DNA of 34,397 nt from a virus, in IMG/VR virus record IMGVR_UViG_3300032295_001045, positions 1 to 34,397 of that record. One strand, given 5' to 3'. Below the pieces are notes generated by a model that made no database searches, was not told where the DNA came from, and saw only the letters and a program-made list of their open reading frames with translations. Both the position numbers and the translations under genes were made by a program. Below, one piece after another: positions 22,760-30,974 of this stretch. How positions within the stretch are numbered: the first letter of the stretch is position 1; every line of letters begins with the position of its first letter.

Positions 22760-22982
22760 GCTTTTTTAATTGTTTTTTTCGTGTCAGTTCCCATCGACAT
22801 ATTGTTAATTGCGTATTGATTACGCTTTTGCGTTTTTCGAGATATTTGATAGTTTCCTCCAGCGCTTCTATTTCTGCCGCGTCGTCATCTTGACAAAAAA
22901 AAGAAAGCCCGTTTCTCCATGCGTTTTTGAAAAAATCAACAGGGAAATACAACTTAAAAAAGTCTTTAACCGTTCCGCTCAT
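22749..22982 (-). CDS. Hypothetical early protein
   Basis: 77-aa ORF with an ATGA overlap with the upstream small ORF. Confidence 0.55.
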   Translation of the reverse strand: MSGTVKDFFKLYFPVDFFKNAWRNGLSFFCQDDDAAEIEALEETIKYLEKRKSVINTQLTICRWELTRKKQLKKLVD

Positions 22983-23110
22983 AATGCCTCCAGAAAAGCA
23001 AAAATTGCTTGTACATCTTCATACGTTAAACCGAAAACCACAATCATTAGTAACCCAAAAACCAGCGCACCGATTGCCCAGGTTAAAAATTCCGCTTCAA
23101 ATTTACCCAT
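22979..23110 (-). CDS. Possible 43-aa membrane protein
   Basis: Below the track cutoff. MGKFEAEFLTWAIGALVFGLLMIVVFGLTYEDVQAIFAFLEAL; overlaps both neighbouring genes. Confidence 0.45.
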   Translation of the reverse strand: MGKFEAEFLTWAIGALVFGLLMIVVFGLTYEDVQAIFAFLEAL

Positions 23111-23474
23111 TTTTGTTCCTTTCAATCTCAGCCGCAGCCCGGACAATCACTCGGCGGGTGGCTGCGTAGGGGTCTGCCTTTGACGTAATGCCGCACACTG
23201 CCATTAATGAAGGGGCGTAGGGGGTATGCCTTTTTGATTCTGCGGCGCCAACTTCAACATGCCCGAGGCGCTCCGCAAACACAATTAAATCCCGGTAGTT
23301 CACGTCAATGTGCAACTTCACCGACAGCCGAAAGGCGTCACCGTTATTTTCGAGCGGATTCCACCACCCGCTGTATCCAGCGTCAAGAATCTGAAACCCA
23401 GAATAGTCGCTGAACTGGATAGTCTCGTACCCTGCCGCTTTCGCAGCGAGTTCTAGCATTTCTCTGTCAGTCAT
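23103..23474 (-). CDS. Conserved phage early protein (LELAAKAAGY...WWNPLENNGDAFRL family)
   Basis: 123-aa ORF. The motif is one I recognise from many phage early regions. Function unknown. Confidence 0.55.
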   Translation of the reverse strand: MTDREMLELAAKAAGYETIQFSDYSGFQILDAGYSGWWNPLENNGDAFRLSVKLHIDVNYRDLIVFAERLGHVEVGAAESKRHTPYAPSLMAVCGITSKADPYAATRRVIVRAAAEIERNKNG

Positions 23475-23656
23475 TTATTCACTCCTTGGTCATTTTTACG
23501 CTCCAATTTTTCAATTTCCTCTGACAAGCAATCTGTCAAATACTTTCTGTTTGGGTCAGCCGACAATATCCTGTTAGCAATTTCTCCGATAGTCATTTCG
23601 CCATACCCGGCAATATTGACAATTTCGTTGCGGAAATGAATCACTTTGTTTAACAT
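23471..23656 (-). CDS. Hypothetical early protein
   Basis: 61-aa ORF overlapping both neighbouring genes. Confidence 0.55.
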   Translation of the reverse strand: MLNKVIHFRNEIVNIAGYGEMTIGEIANRILSADPNRKYLTDCLSEEIEKLERKNDQGVNK

Positions 23657-23892
23657 AAACGCTCCATAAAGTTAATTACTTCATTGTTGATACGGCTTTC
23701 TTCTTTAACAGTCAATTTTTTTTCAAGCCAGTTTGCTTTGTAACCTTTACGGTCACAAATAACCCAATTCATGCGGCCGCACAATGTGCCTTCGTCATCG
23801 TCGCCCATGTCATACTCAATCACGGCTGCAATGCAAGGAATACCGTTTACCGTAGTATGTATGTCAGCTATGCTGTCTTGAGTAGGTTTCAT
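23650..23892 (-). CDS. Hypothetical protein, first early gene
   Basis: 80 aa counted from the ATG at 23892, with AGGAGA upstream. The track start at 23928 would lie inside the promoter. Confidence 0.6.
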   Translation of the reverse strand: MKPTQDSIADIHTTVNGIPCIAAVIEYDMGDDDEGTLCGRMNWVICDRKGYKANWLEKKLTVKEESRINNEVINFMERLC

Positions 23893-23917
23893 ATTTAATC
23901 TCCTGTGAATGATTAGT

Positions 23918-23945
23918 ATTATACACACTCACAAAGACTATGCAA
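23918..23945 (-). promoter_or_regulatory. Early promoter TTGCAT-N16-(TGTG)TATAAT
   Basis: Minus strand reads TTGCATagtctttgtgagtgtgTATAAT. It sits immediately downstream of the strong terminator and 25 nt upstream of the first early ATG. Confidence 0.65.
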
Positions 23946-23960
23946 GCACTTTTTTGTGGT

Positions 23961-23987
23961 AAAAAAAAGCCCGGCACTAGGCCGGGC
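23961..23987 (-). terminator. Strong Rho-independent terminator closing the late/lysis operon
   Basis: Minus-strand RNA reads GCCCGGC-cuagu-GCCGGGC followed by U8. Confidence 0.85.
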
Positions 23988-24029
23988 GAATTGCTGGACA
24001 GGCCAGCCAGGAGATGAAACAACGTCAGT

Positions 24030-24566
24030 TTACTTGCTTTGCCCTCTACTGACAAACCAGTAACCGAGTACAGCCGAAGCTTGCCCGGTAAGCCACGCAA
24101 AGGCCTGCATTGCAGCGTCATATCTTTGGTCAATGCTCAAGGTTTCCCATCCCGCGCCTAGTCTCTCGACTAACAGCCAGTTCAGGTATAGCGCCATGCC
24201 TACCAATAACAGCGTCAGGCTAGGGCGTATCATGCGCCGGAAAGCGTCCGTGAGTATTAGCAACCATGCCCAACCACCCGCGCTTTTAACCGTCTCAGCG
24301 TCCAGGTTATCGGCTGCATGCGCTTGTCCGATAGCCGTCATTCTTGCCGATTCTATGCTTCCCTCGGCTTCTGCGACTGCTACCTGCAACCTGCCCTCGG
24401 CCTCGATTTTAGCTAGTTCCCTGTCTTCTTTCCTAAGTTCTAGCTCATGAGCTTGGTCAAGTTTTTTGATCTCAATGTCGGCTTTTTTGTTCAGGAAAGC
24501 GAATATGCCACCAATCAGACTGCCTACCGTGCTCGACCCTAAAATAGCTAAAATTGCGCTTAACAT
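24030..24566 (-). CDS. Holin-like membrane protein (N-terminal span, coiled coil, two C-terminal spans)
   Basis: 178 aa with GGAGG upstream. Hydrophobic segments AILAILGSSTVGSLIGGIFAF, WAWLLILTDAF and LTLLLVGMALYLNWLL. Last gene of the lysis block. Confidence 0.5.
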   Translation of the reverse strand: MLSAILAILGSSTVGSLIGGIFAFLNKKADIEIKKLDQAHELELRKEDRELAKIEAEGRLQVAVAEAEGSIESARMTAIGQAHAADNLDAETVKSAGGWAWLLILTDAFRRMIRPSLTLLLVGMALYLNWLLVERLGAGWETLSIDQRYDAAMQAFAWLTGQASAVLGYWFVSRGQSK

Positions 24567-24985
24567 ATCACCTCCAGTGTAAAGTTTTTCCCGTTTGCCC
24601 AGTCCATCAGTTTTCTAAGTGCAGGCCGTGAAACAAGTCCGGCTCTCTGCATGCGTCCGTCCGGTATCTTGATTGCGCCTAGTCTCTCGCACGGGGCTAT
24701 GCAGCCGTGTAATTGCGTGACCCATCCCTTATTCACATCCCCCGCCAAATTCGACGCATGAATCAAGATATGGTCTCTGCCCGGTACATTTCTCACCCCG
24801 TAAACTCGCCCGAATCGTGGGCTATTGACCAAGGCGCATTCATATGTACCCACCGGAATGCAGCTTACCCGCCTTTGATTGTCTCGCCACGGCAACTCAA
24901 CCGTGTGCAATGTGTTGCCGCCAAACAACAAACGTCCGAACGTGCCTTGCTCTGTACTCTGTCCACGTTTGAGCGTGACTATCAT
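24560..24985 (-). CDS. DUF5675-like protein with a YkuD-like His...His-Gly-Cys motif; candidate endolysin
   Basis: 141 aa counted from the ATG at 24985 (ATGA overlap). GTFGRL...ELPWRDNQRRVSCIPVGTY...SPRFG...VPGRDHILIHASN...LHGCIA. Confidence 0.5.
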   Translation of the reverse strand: MIVTLKRGQSTEQGTFGRLLFGGNTLHTVELPWRDNQRRVSCIPVGTYECALVNSPRFGRVYGVRNVPGRDHILIHASNLAGDVNKGWVTQLHGCIAPCERLGAIKIPDGRMQRAGLVSRPALRKLMDWANGKNFTLEVIC

Positions 24986-25140
24986 CTGTCGATGCAAGAA
25001 GCCACTAGCTTGTATTCTTTGGGCATGTCTTTTAAGAGCTTTGCTTTGGCTAGTTCGCAGGTTTGTTGTGAGCCGTGAACAGTCACTACGGGTTGTGTCA
25101 TAACATTAGCGACAATAAAAAAGCTAATCAAATAGGTCAT
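24982..25140 (-). CDS. Possible small secreted protein (52 aa)
   Basis: Below the track cutoff, with ATGA overlaps at both ends. Hydrophobic N-terminus MTYLISFFIVANVM. No lipobox. Confidence 0.4.
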   Translation of the reverse strand: MTYLISFFIVANVMTQPVVTVHGSQQTCELAKAKLLKDMPKEYKLVASCIDR

Positions 25141-25406
25141 TTTTCCACCTTACCCAATCTTTGCTCAATTTGCACAATTTTAGCGTCAGTGATCTGGTCT
25201 TTAACTTTCAGTTCCATAAGTTCTTTTGACATGGCCTGTTGAGTTTGCATGACTTCTTTCCCCAATCTAACAGCGCTTTCTAGTTGGGTTTTAAGGTCAG
25301 CCGCTTGCCATCCCGCATAAAACAGAGAAGAAGCCACCACCCCAAACCCGCCTATTAGCCAAGTCACCGGAACCTCGTACCTTACCGTTAATCTTTGCTG
25401 TTCCAT
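25137..25406 (-). CDS. Membrane-anchored coiled-coil protein (i-spanin-like topology)
   Basis: 89 aa. One span, WLIGGFGVVASSLFYAGW, followed by a long charged helix. Confidence 0.4.
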   Translation of the reverse strand: MEQQRLTVRYEVPVTWLIGGFGVVASSLFYAGWQAADLKTQLESAVRLGKEVMQTQQAMSKELMELKVKDQITDAKIVQIEQRLGKVEK

Positions 25407-25840
25407 AAGTCCCTTTTCCCACCCAAAGCGTATTCTAAATCAGCAGGACTAGGCACTTCTTTGAAAGTGTAACGCCAGCCGTTTGCATTCAAATCATCTG
25501 CAACCATTTCAGAACAAATCACGCCCCCGGCATTACGGGTACTTTTTCCGAAAAGATGGTAAATAGGGCGCAGTCCGAATAATAGGTAATCAATTATTCC
25601 GTATCTAGCTTCGTCAGTGTCGAGTTTGTGGTCAAGGTATTCAGCCGTAATAGACACGGGTGCTTCGATTAAAACGGTTTTTTTATTGTTGTAAATAGAC
25701 CACAATCTACGGCGTCGGATTAGGTGCATGTCCCAAAATTTCACGCCGTCAGTGAAACCTACGTGATAACAGCTTGACCCGGTGAATATCTTGGTCAGTG
25801 TGCTGCTTGGCTTTTTGCCGTAGATAAAAGCGATCTTCAT
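25388..25840 (-). CDS. Permuted papain-like (YiiX / peptidase C92-type) amidase or peptidase
   Basis: 150 aa. SSCYHVGF (His) precedes GVICSEMVADDL (Cys). This is the same order as E. coli YiiX (YSHTGM ... YCSEVVW) as I recall that sequence. Confidence 0.5.
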   Translation of the reverse strand: MKIAFIYGKKPSSTLTKIFTGSSCYHVGFTDGVKFWDMHLIRRRRLWSIYNNKKTVLIEAPVSITAEYLDHKLDTDEARYGIIDYLLFGLRPIYHLFGKSTRNAGGVICSEMVADDLNANGWRYTFKEVPSPADLEYALGGKRDLWNSKD

Positions 25841-26241
25841 TATTCACCGTACATTGAAGGCCAACCGCCACTAAAGTCGTAATTTTCCGGGTCTGCGCTT
25901 GCTTCCATAGCTGCTTTGTGCGCTCTTGCTGCGTCAAATATAGCCCGGTCACTTTGTAATGCAGCCGCCAAAATCTGTTGCGCTAAAGCCCACGTCATTT
26001 CAATAGATGACCCGTCCATTGTGCTCCACATAATACCTGGAGGTATCGAGCCGTTTATTTCGTTAAGGCCGAGTTGCTGATTACGGCTTATTAGGTCAGA
26101 GTGGAACCATTTACCGCCAGCCTGATACCCGCCAGTTAATGTGCGCCTTTCACGCTCGGCTTTAATGGCTTCCCACTTTGCTGTTTTAATTTCGGCAAGT
26201 GGCGGCTGGTTGAGAGTTTTGTCTATTTTTACAATGCTCAT
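25840..26241 (-). CDS. DUF4376-like tail-fiber-associated protein
   Basis: 133 aa counted from the ATG at 26241, with GGAGG upstream and an ATGA overlap. KWEAIKAERERR...GGKWFHSD fits the DUF4376 pattern from memory. Confidence 0.45.
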   Translation of the reverse strand: MSIVKIDKTLNQPPLAEIKTAKWEAIKAERERRTLTGGYQAGGKWFHSDLISRNQQLGLNEINGSIPPGIMWSTMDGSSIEMTWALAQQILAAALQSDRAIFDAARAHKAAMEASADPENYDFSGGWPSMYGE

Positions 26242-26492
26242 TGTGTAACCTCCGGAAACGTATCCCAAGCCGCGCCAAATCCGTCCGTCAAATCTTCGTC
26301 GTCGCATGTCCAAAAAGCGCGGTCTGTGCGGTCTGTAGGAACATCAGCAGCGTCAATTATTTTGAACGGTTTTCCTTCCGGCACGTCTTTGAGCGCAATG
26401 GCTTCAATACCGTATAAATTCAGGGCTTCCTCAGTTGGACGCACCACAGCTAAAACGCCATTATCTTTCTTGTAGATGATTACTTGGGGCAT
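26238..26492 (-). CDS. Hypothetical protein downstream of the tail fiber gene
   Basis: 84-aa ORF. MPQVIIYKKDNGVLAVVRPT...ALKDVPEGKPFKIID. Confidence 0.55.
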   Translation of the reverse strand: MPQVIIYKKDNGVLAVVRPTEEALNLYGIEAIALKDVPEGKPFKIIDAADVPTDRTDRAFWTCDDEDLTDGFGAAWDTFPEVTQ

Positions 26493-26501
26493 GTTTGTCC
26501 T

Positions 26502-27848
26502 TTAGCGGAAGATGGAAACACAAATAAACGAAGTATCGACTTGGGTGGTCAATGAATCATACACTCGGACTGTCACATTCGCAGTGTTAAAAACTCGGAC
26601 ATCGCCAAGACTGAAAAAATTATCAGATTTGACAACTGAATAATTTGCATCGGGCATTGCAGTGGCAAAGTTTACAGTGTAATCGCCCGTGCCATTGTCG
26701 GTAATACTTGAAACATTCCCACTGGCGCGGATAGCGACGGTTCCGGTGCCGTTAAAGTTTACCCACGCCCGACAAGCATACATCGGCGCTGCGCCGGGGG
26801 CTGCAAATGCGGTCTGTAACGCTCCATTGCCGCCATATCCTTGAATCAAACTCGGTGCTGTCGCCCACGTTCCTGCCGTGGCTTGCGTCGAGCGTACAAT
26901 TCCAAGAACCCTGTAAGCTACGTTGGTTCGTGCGGTAGTGGAGTAAATAACGGTTGCGCTATCTGCCGCCCCCGCCCCACCCTCGGCGGTCGTTGTTATC
27001 AAATTAGCTTCATCAAGCCGAGTACCACCCGCAAGGTTTACCGCAGCAAGTTCAATCGTTCCAGCGTTGTTAATTGCCAGCACTGCAATGTCAGACTGTA
27101 CCGCGTTCGTAGTTCCAAGCGTAGAACCTGACGAAATGACTAAATTCGCAGGAGTTCCGGTAACAGTCGTTACTGTTCCAGAGCCTAGTGTTGTGCTTCT
27201 AAAGTCTAGGTTTAGAGATGATGCAGAAATGGTCAGCGCATTACCAGAAACAGAAGCCGAAATAGGCTGTATTTTTGATGCAGGTAGTACAGGTAGTAAT
27301 GCAGTACCGTCAGCTTTTTGATACCCTAACACCCGCCACCCATTCGCAGGTGTTCCGTTCGGTACTACAATTGCACTATCACCCGCCGCAGTGGTTATGT
27401 TTGCCCCACCGGGTAGTATCAAAGTAGTCGCGTTGTGGGTTAGGGTCAGAATTCCGTCAAATCTAAGGTAACGTGGCCCGTTGTAGTTCGTTCCGAAACT
27501 TGTAATTGTCGTGGTTCCGGTAATGTTGAGTAATACCGTATTTTGTGCGCCAATGTCCGTAGTAGCGGCACTGGCCAGGTTAGCAGGCTGCCCCTGACTG
27601 AAAAGCTGTTCCCACCGTAGCGAATCACCCGTCGCAGACCCCGCCGCAAGTCCGGTTATTTTGTTGTTGCCAGCGTTCAGGTTCCCCGTTATTGGCGTTT
27701 GACCGTCTGCACTCAAAGACTGGGTAAGCGCAGAAGCTACGTCATTGATTAGGTTTTGCCAGTCTACCGCAGTAGCAGAAACACCGTTAGTTGCCGGGTT
27801 CCAGCTATTTGTGAGTAGGGTATAGGTTCCACTACCGTTACGTGCCAT
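26502..27848 (-). CDS. Tail fiber protein
   Basis: 448 aa. N-terminal GNLNAGNNKITGLAAGSATGDSLRWEQL is the common fiber shaft-adaptor motif. The rest is Thr/Gly/Ala/Asn-rich. Confidence 0.8.
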   Translation of the reverse strand: MARNGSGTYTLLTNSWNPATNGVSATAVDWQNLINDVASALTQSLSADGQTPITGNLNAGNNKITGLAAGSATGDSLRWEQLFSQGQPANLASAATTDIGAQNTVLLNITGTTTITSFGTNYNGPRYLRFDGILTLTHNATTLILPGGANITTAAGDSAIVVPNGTPANGWRVLGYQKADGTALLPVLPASKIQPISASVSGNALTISASSLNLDFRSTTLGSGTVTTVTGTPANLVISSGSTLGTTNAVQSDIAVLAINNAGTIELAAVNLAGGTRLDEANLITTTAEGGAGAADSATVIYSTTARTNVAYRVLGIVRSTQATAGTWATAPSLIQGYGGNGALQTAFAAPGAAPMYACRAWVNFNGTGTVAIRASGNVSSITDNGTGDYTVNFATAMPDANYSVVKSDNFFSLGDVRVFNTANVTVRVYDSLTTQVDTSFICVSIFR

Positions 27849-27951
27849 CTTGCTTTCCTTTACAATACGCCTATGGATTTTATTGACTTTTTAATCATCA
27901 AGCTCATTTTCTTTGCCATTTGCGCTTTCATATATCAGTTTTGGCGTTCAT

Positions 27952-29697
27952 TTACTGGGCGGCAATAACGGGTGCGCTTAATTGCCCGGCGCGTAAAAGG
28001 TCAATTAGTAATTGATTCGGCGCGCCGCTTCCGGGTCTCATTACAGCATTTGCCAGTCGTGGGTTTCTCAATAATTCCTGTATCCCAACTGCAGTAGTTG
28101 CTCCAGCCGCAAGTCCGGGAAGCCCAGCCATAGCTGAACCACCTAAAGCGCCCAATTGCAGCAATGCCCTCATTGACCCACCAGTTTGTGGCGTTCTATC
28201 TACTAAAACCCTAGAGCCAAGTTTAGATAATTCGGCAAGCGGCACATTTCTTAAGTCGCCATAAGACCTATTTACTGCTTGCGGTAACAATGCCGCCGGT
28301 ATGTCGCCAGCTTCTCTGCCAGCAATGCCTAATTCTGCATTTCTGATTAAAGGTTCAACCGTTTTGAATGCTTTGTATTGGCTTCTGTTTAGGGTAAGCG
28401 CTGCCGCATCTTCTGGCTTTACTGAATCATTAAAAGTGTCAATAATAGACTTTCTCAGCTTAGTAAATTCATCAGAAAGCGCCGGGAAAGATTCTGCCCT
28501 ACGTCTCAAATAAGATTGAAATTTATTAGCAACATCACCGGGAATAATTGAATTTCCGCTTGCGTCGGGCACTATTTTTGAATACAAATCATCTATTTCA
28601 CGCAAAACCGCGCCAGCTTCGTTTTTTGGCAATTTTTGAGCTTGTTTTTTTACGTTTTCAATTGTTTGAAGCATGTTTGGGGCAACAACTAAATTATTGT
28701 TGTTCCAAATCTCGTCAAATTTATTGCCTAATGTTTTTTTGGCATCGTCTATAACATCTAAGGTAAGTTTAGGCGCATTTGCTCCAAATGTTTGTCCAAC
28801 AGCCCTATTAAATGCTTCCTGTTTTGCTTCTTGCGCGGTTGCTGCCATGCCGCCAGTGATGGGCGTGTCTTTTAATATAGACCTACCAGCTTGCACCATA
28901 CGGCTTTCTGCCAAATCACCCAAACCTACTGGTATGTTGTATTTTTGTGCTAACTGTGCAAGTTCAACATTCTTCGGGCGCATTTTTTGCCCCAAATAAG
29001 AACCCGCTGCCCCTGTTGCCCTACTAACTAACGGAATAGCGGCACTAACAGCCCCCGCCGTTCCCGCATCTTCTGGGTTAATCATTCCCCCCGCCAGTGC
29101 GCCAGTTGTTCCTGCCGCTCCTGCTCTCAAAGCTAAATCAGCGGCTTTTGCTCCAGTGGTAACAGGGGCGGCACCAGTCGTCATGCCTGACGTTCTTAAT
29201 GCGTTTATTAGAGCGGGAGCGCGTGAAGCCACACCGGGTATCATTCCAAGACCTTTGGCAAGCGCACTACCAGCGCCAGCGGTTCCCGCCATCTGGGTAA
29301 GTATTTTTGCAGCCTGAAAATCTGCCGATTCCGGGTCTGCGCCCATTGATTGCAAACCTTGTTCTATTGCTTGTCTGCGTTCAGGGTTTCCAATAGATTG
29401 AGTATTACCTGCCAGCAAATCATAAGGGGTTAGCAATGTAGCGCCAATTGAGCCAGCACCTTCAACAGCGCCAGCAGCACGGTTTAATTTTTTCACTACA
29501 GAACGTCGAGCATAATCAGCAACACCTTTGCCTAGTCTTTGTAATAGGCTGGGTTCTTGTGGTGTTTGTGGAGCTTGTGGAGCTTGTGGCGTTTGATTCC
29601 TTGCGGCTTTATAAGCAGCAGCAACAGTTTCAAACTCAGGCGTACCTTGTTTGTCCTGATTTTCGACTATCCACTGAGCGTATTTTTCTGCGCTCAT
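27952..29697 (-). CDS. Internal virion / ejection-like protein C (581 aa)
   Basis: Ala/Gly-rich with a PQ repeat near the N-terminus. Occupies the gp16-equivalent slot before the fiber gene. ATGA overlap upstream. Confidence 0.45.
   Translation of the reverse strand: MSAEKYAQWIVENQDKQGTPEFETVAAAYKAARNQTPQAPQAPQTPQEPSLLQRLGKGVADYARRSVVKKLNRAAGAVEGAGSIGATLLTPYDLLAGNTQSIGNPERRQAIEQGLQSMGADPESADFQAAKILTQMAGTAGAGSALAKGLGMIPGVASRAPALINALRTSGMTTGAAPVTTGAKAADLALRAGAAGTTGALAGGMINPEDAGTAGAVSAAIPLVSRATGAAGSYLGQKMRPKNVELAQLAQKYNIPVGLGDLAESRMVQAGRSILKDTPITGGMAATAQEAKQEAFNRAVGQTFGANAPKLTLDVIDDAKKTLGNKFDEIWNNNNLVVAPNMLQTIENVKKQAQKLPKNEAGAVLREIDDLYSKIVPDASGNSIIPGDVANKFQSYLRRRAESFPALSDEFTKLRKSIIDTFNDSVKPEDAAALTLNRSQYKAFKTVEPLIRNAELGIAGREAGDIPAALLPQAVNRSYGDLRNVPLAELSKLGSRVLVDRTPQTGGSMRALLQLGALGGSAMAGLPGLAAGATTAVGIQELLRNPRLANAVMRPGSGAPNQLLIDLLRAGQLSAPVIAAQ
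29554..29589. repeat. Four tandem 9-bp units NNYTTGTGG encoding QTPQAPQAPQTPQ
   Basis: ttcttgtgg tgtttgtgg agcttgtgg agcttgtgg, read directly from the sequence. Confidence 0.85.
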
Positions 29698-30974
29698 TTT
29701 TTGCCTCTGTTTAAAATTGCATCAGCAGCATTAAATAATTCGTTTGGTGGTGTAGTTTGGGCTGGCTGTATAGTTTGAACGCCTTGAGCATTTTTTGCCC
29801 TTGCCACGCCCTGTCGAATAACAGATTGAAATTCTCTTGCAGCTTTAGTGAATTCAGCTTCACTACCTGCCGCATCCATCCTAGCAATTGCGTCAGTTGC
29901 TTTTTTCCCTTCAATTTCTGTAATTGCGCCGCCACCCTTGAGTGATTCAAACGCTTGCAAAAATTGTTGCCCTTTGAGTTGGTCAAGCCTAACATCAAAA
30001 TCTTTTGCTGAAGTCCCTGGTATTTTTTGAATGCCTAACATACGGCTTGCGCCTACGGCTTGTTTCATGCCAGGCGCTTTCAAAAGATCATCAACCAAAC
30101 GTATTGTTTCTTCGCCTTGTGCAATAGCTTTTGGCGCGTCTAATCTTGCTTCTGTGCGAAGTTTTGCCTCAGTAGTTGCGCCAGTTTTAGAGCCAGCCAA
30201 AGAACCTTGCAAAGCAGGGTCATATTGTGCGCCAATTATGGGCTGACCACTTGACCCGACTACGGGTTCTACTCGACCAGTCCTAGCATTAAACGCCATT
30301 ACCCCTTGAGCCGTTTGAACTGGTTGAAAGTAAGGCTGTGAACTAGTCCCAATACTTGAACGAATATTAGCCATTTGCTCTTGAAATTCTCTTTGAGCTT
30401 GCGCCATTTGTTCCCGGCTTGCATTTTGTTCGCGCATTGCTTCCAGCCGCATTTGATGTTGCATTTGCAATCGCTCAATAAATTGCTGGTTTTGCAATTC
30501 AGCTTGCTGTCTTTGAAAATCTCTTTGCGCCTGTTTTTCTTCTCTTTGGGCTTGCAATTCTGGAATGCGTGTTATTCCCTGCATTCCCATTTGACGTAAA
30601 CTAGGGTCTGGTGCTTGCATTAGTGCTTGATAGGCTGCGGGTATGTTTTGCGGTTGGGCGGGTTGAGGTGGCCCTGCAACATCAGGCGGCAATACTTCCG
30701 CTGGCCTGTCCTGCATGTTTTCATTAAACCCACGCAAGGCATCAGCTACAGCTTGCTGTCGTGTAGTTTGTAGCTGTCTTAGCTCATCTTCTGCCATTTG
30801 TTGCCCACGCATACCGCCGAGCGAACGAAGGCCAGCGGCTAGATATTCAAGCGGGTTAGGGGCAACGTATATATTCCCCACCATGCGGCCTTGCGGGGCT
30901 TGGTATTGCGCTTGCTGGCCGTAGCGTAATGCTCTTTCACGCGCTAGTTGTAACTGTTGTTCGTAGTCTGTCAT
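29694..30974 (-). CDS. Internal virion / ejection-like protein B (426 aa)
   Basis: Gln/Ala/Arg-rich coiled-coil protein with a TAATG overlap upstream. The call rests on position. Confidence 0.45.
   Translation of the reverse strand: MTDYEQQLQLARERALRYGQQAQYQAPQGRMVGNIYVAPNPLEYLAAGLRSLGGMRGQQMAEDELRQLQTTRQQAVADALRGFNENMQDRPAEVLPPDVAGPPQPAQPQNIPAAYQALMQAPDPSLRQMGMQGITRIPELQAQREEKQAQRDFQRQQAELQNQQFIERLQMQHQMRLEAMREQNASREQMAQAQREFQEQMANIRSSIGTSSQPYFQPVQTAQGVMAFNARTGRVEPVVGSSGQPIIGAQYDPALQGSLAGSKTGATTEAKLRTEARLDAPKAIAQGEETIRLVDDLLKAPGMKQAVGASRMLGIQKIPGTSAKDFDVRLDQLKGQQFLQAFESLKGGGAITEIEGKKATDAIARMDAAGSEAEFTKAAREFQSVIRQGVARAKNAQGVQTIQPAQTTPPNELFNAADAILNRGKK

Noticed and set aside
12246-23892. A lysogeny module (integrase, CI/Cro-type switch, attP)
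   Set aside because: No tyrosine or serine recombinase motifs and no divergent promoter pair were seen, and every gene is co-oriented. The RHH and wHTH proteins alone do not make a case for temperate growth.
23650-23928. The long 92-aa version of the first early gene
   Set aside because: Its first 12 codons would overlap the -10 element of the early promoter. AGGAGA-N7-ATG at 23892 is a much better start.
24982-25140. The 52-aa ORF as an o-spanin partner of the 25137-25406 protein
   Set aside because: It has a hydrophobic N-terminus but no lipobox Cys at the expected position. No embedded alternative-frame lipoprotein ORF was seen inside 25137-25406 either.
26502-27848. A diversity-generating retroelement targeting the tail fiber, as in some podoviruses
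   Set aside because: I found no reverse transcriptase gene anywhere, and no second copy (template repeat) of the fiber 3' end.
27860-27931. A 23-aa basic ORF (MKAQMAKKMSLMIKKSIKSIGVL) in the gap upstream of the tail fiber gene
   Set aside because: It has no ribosome-binding site, it is very short, and its composition simply reflects the AT-rich spacer.
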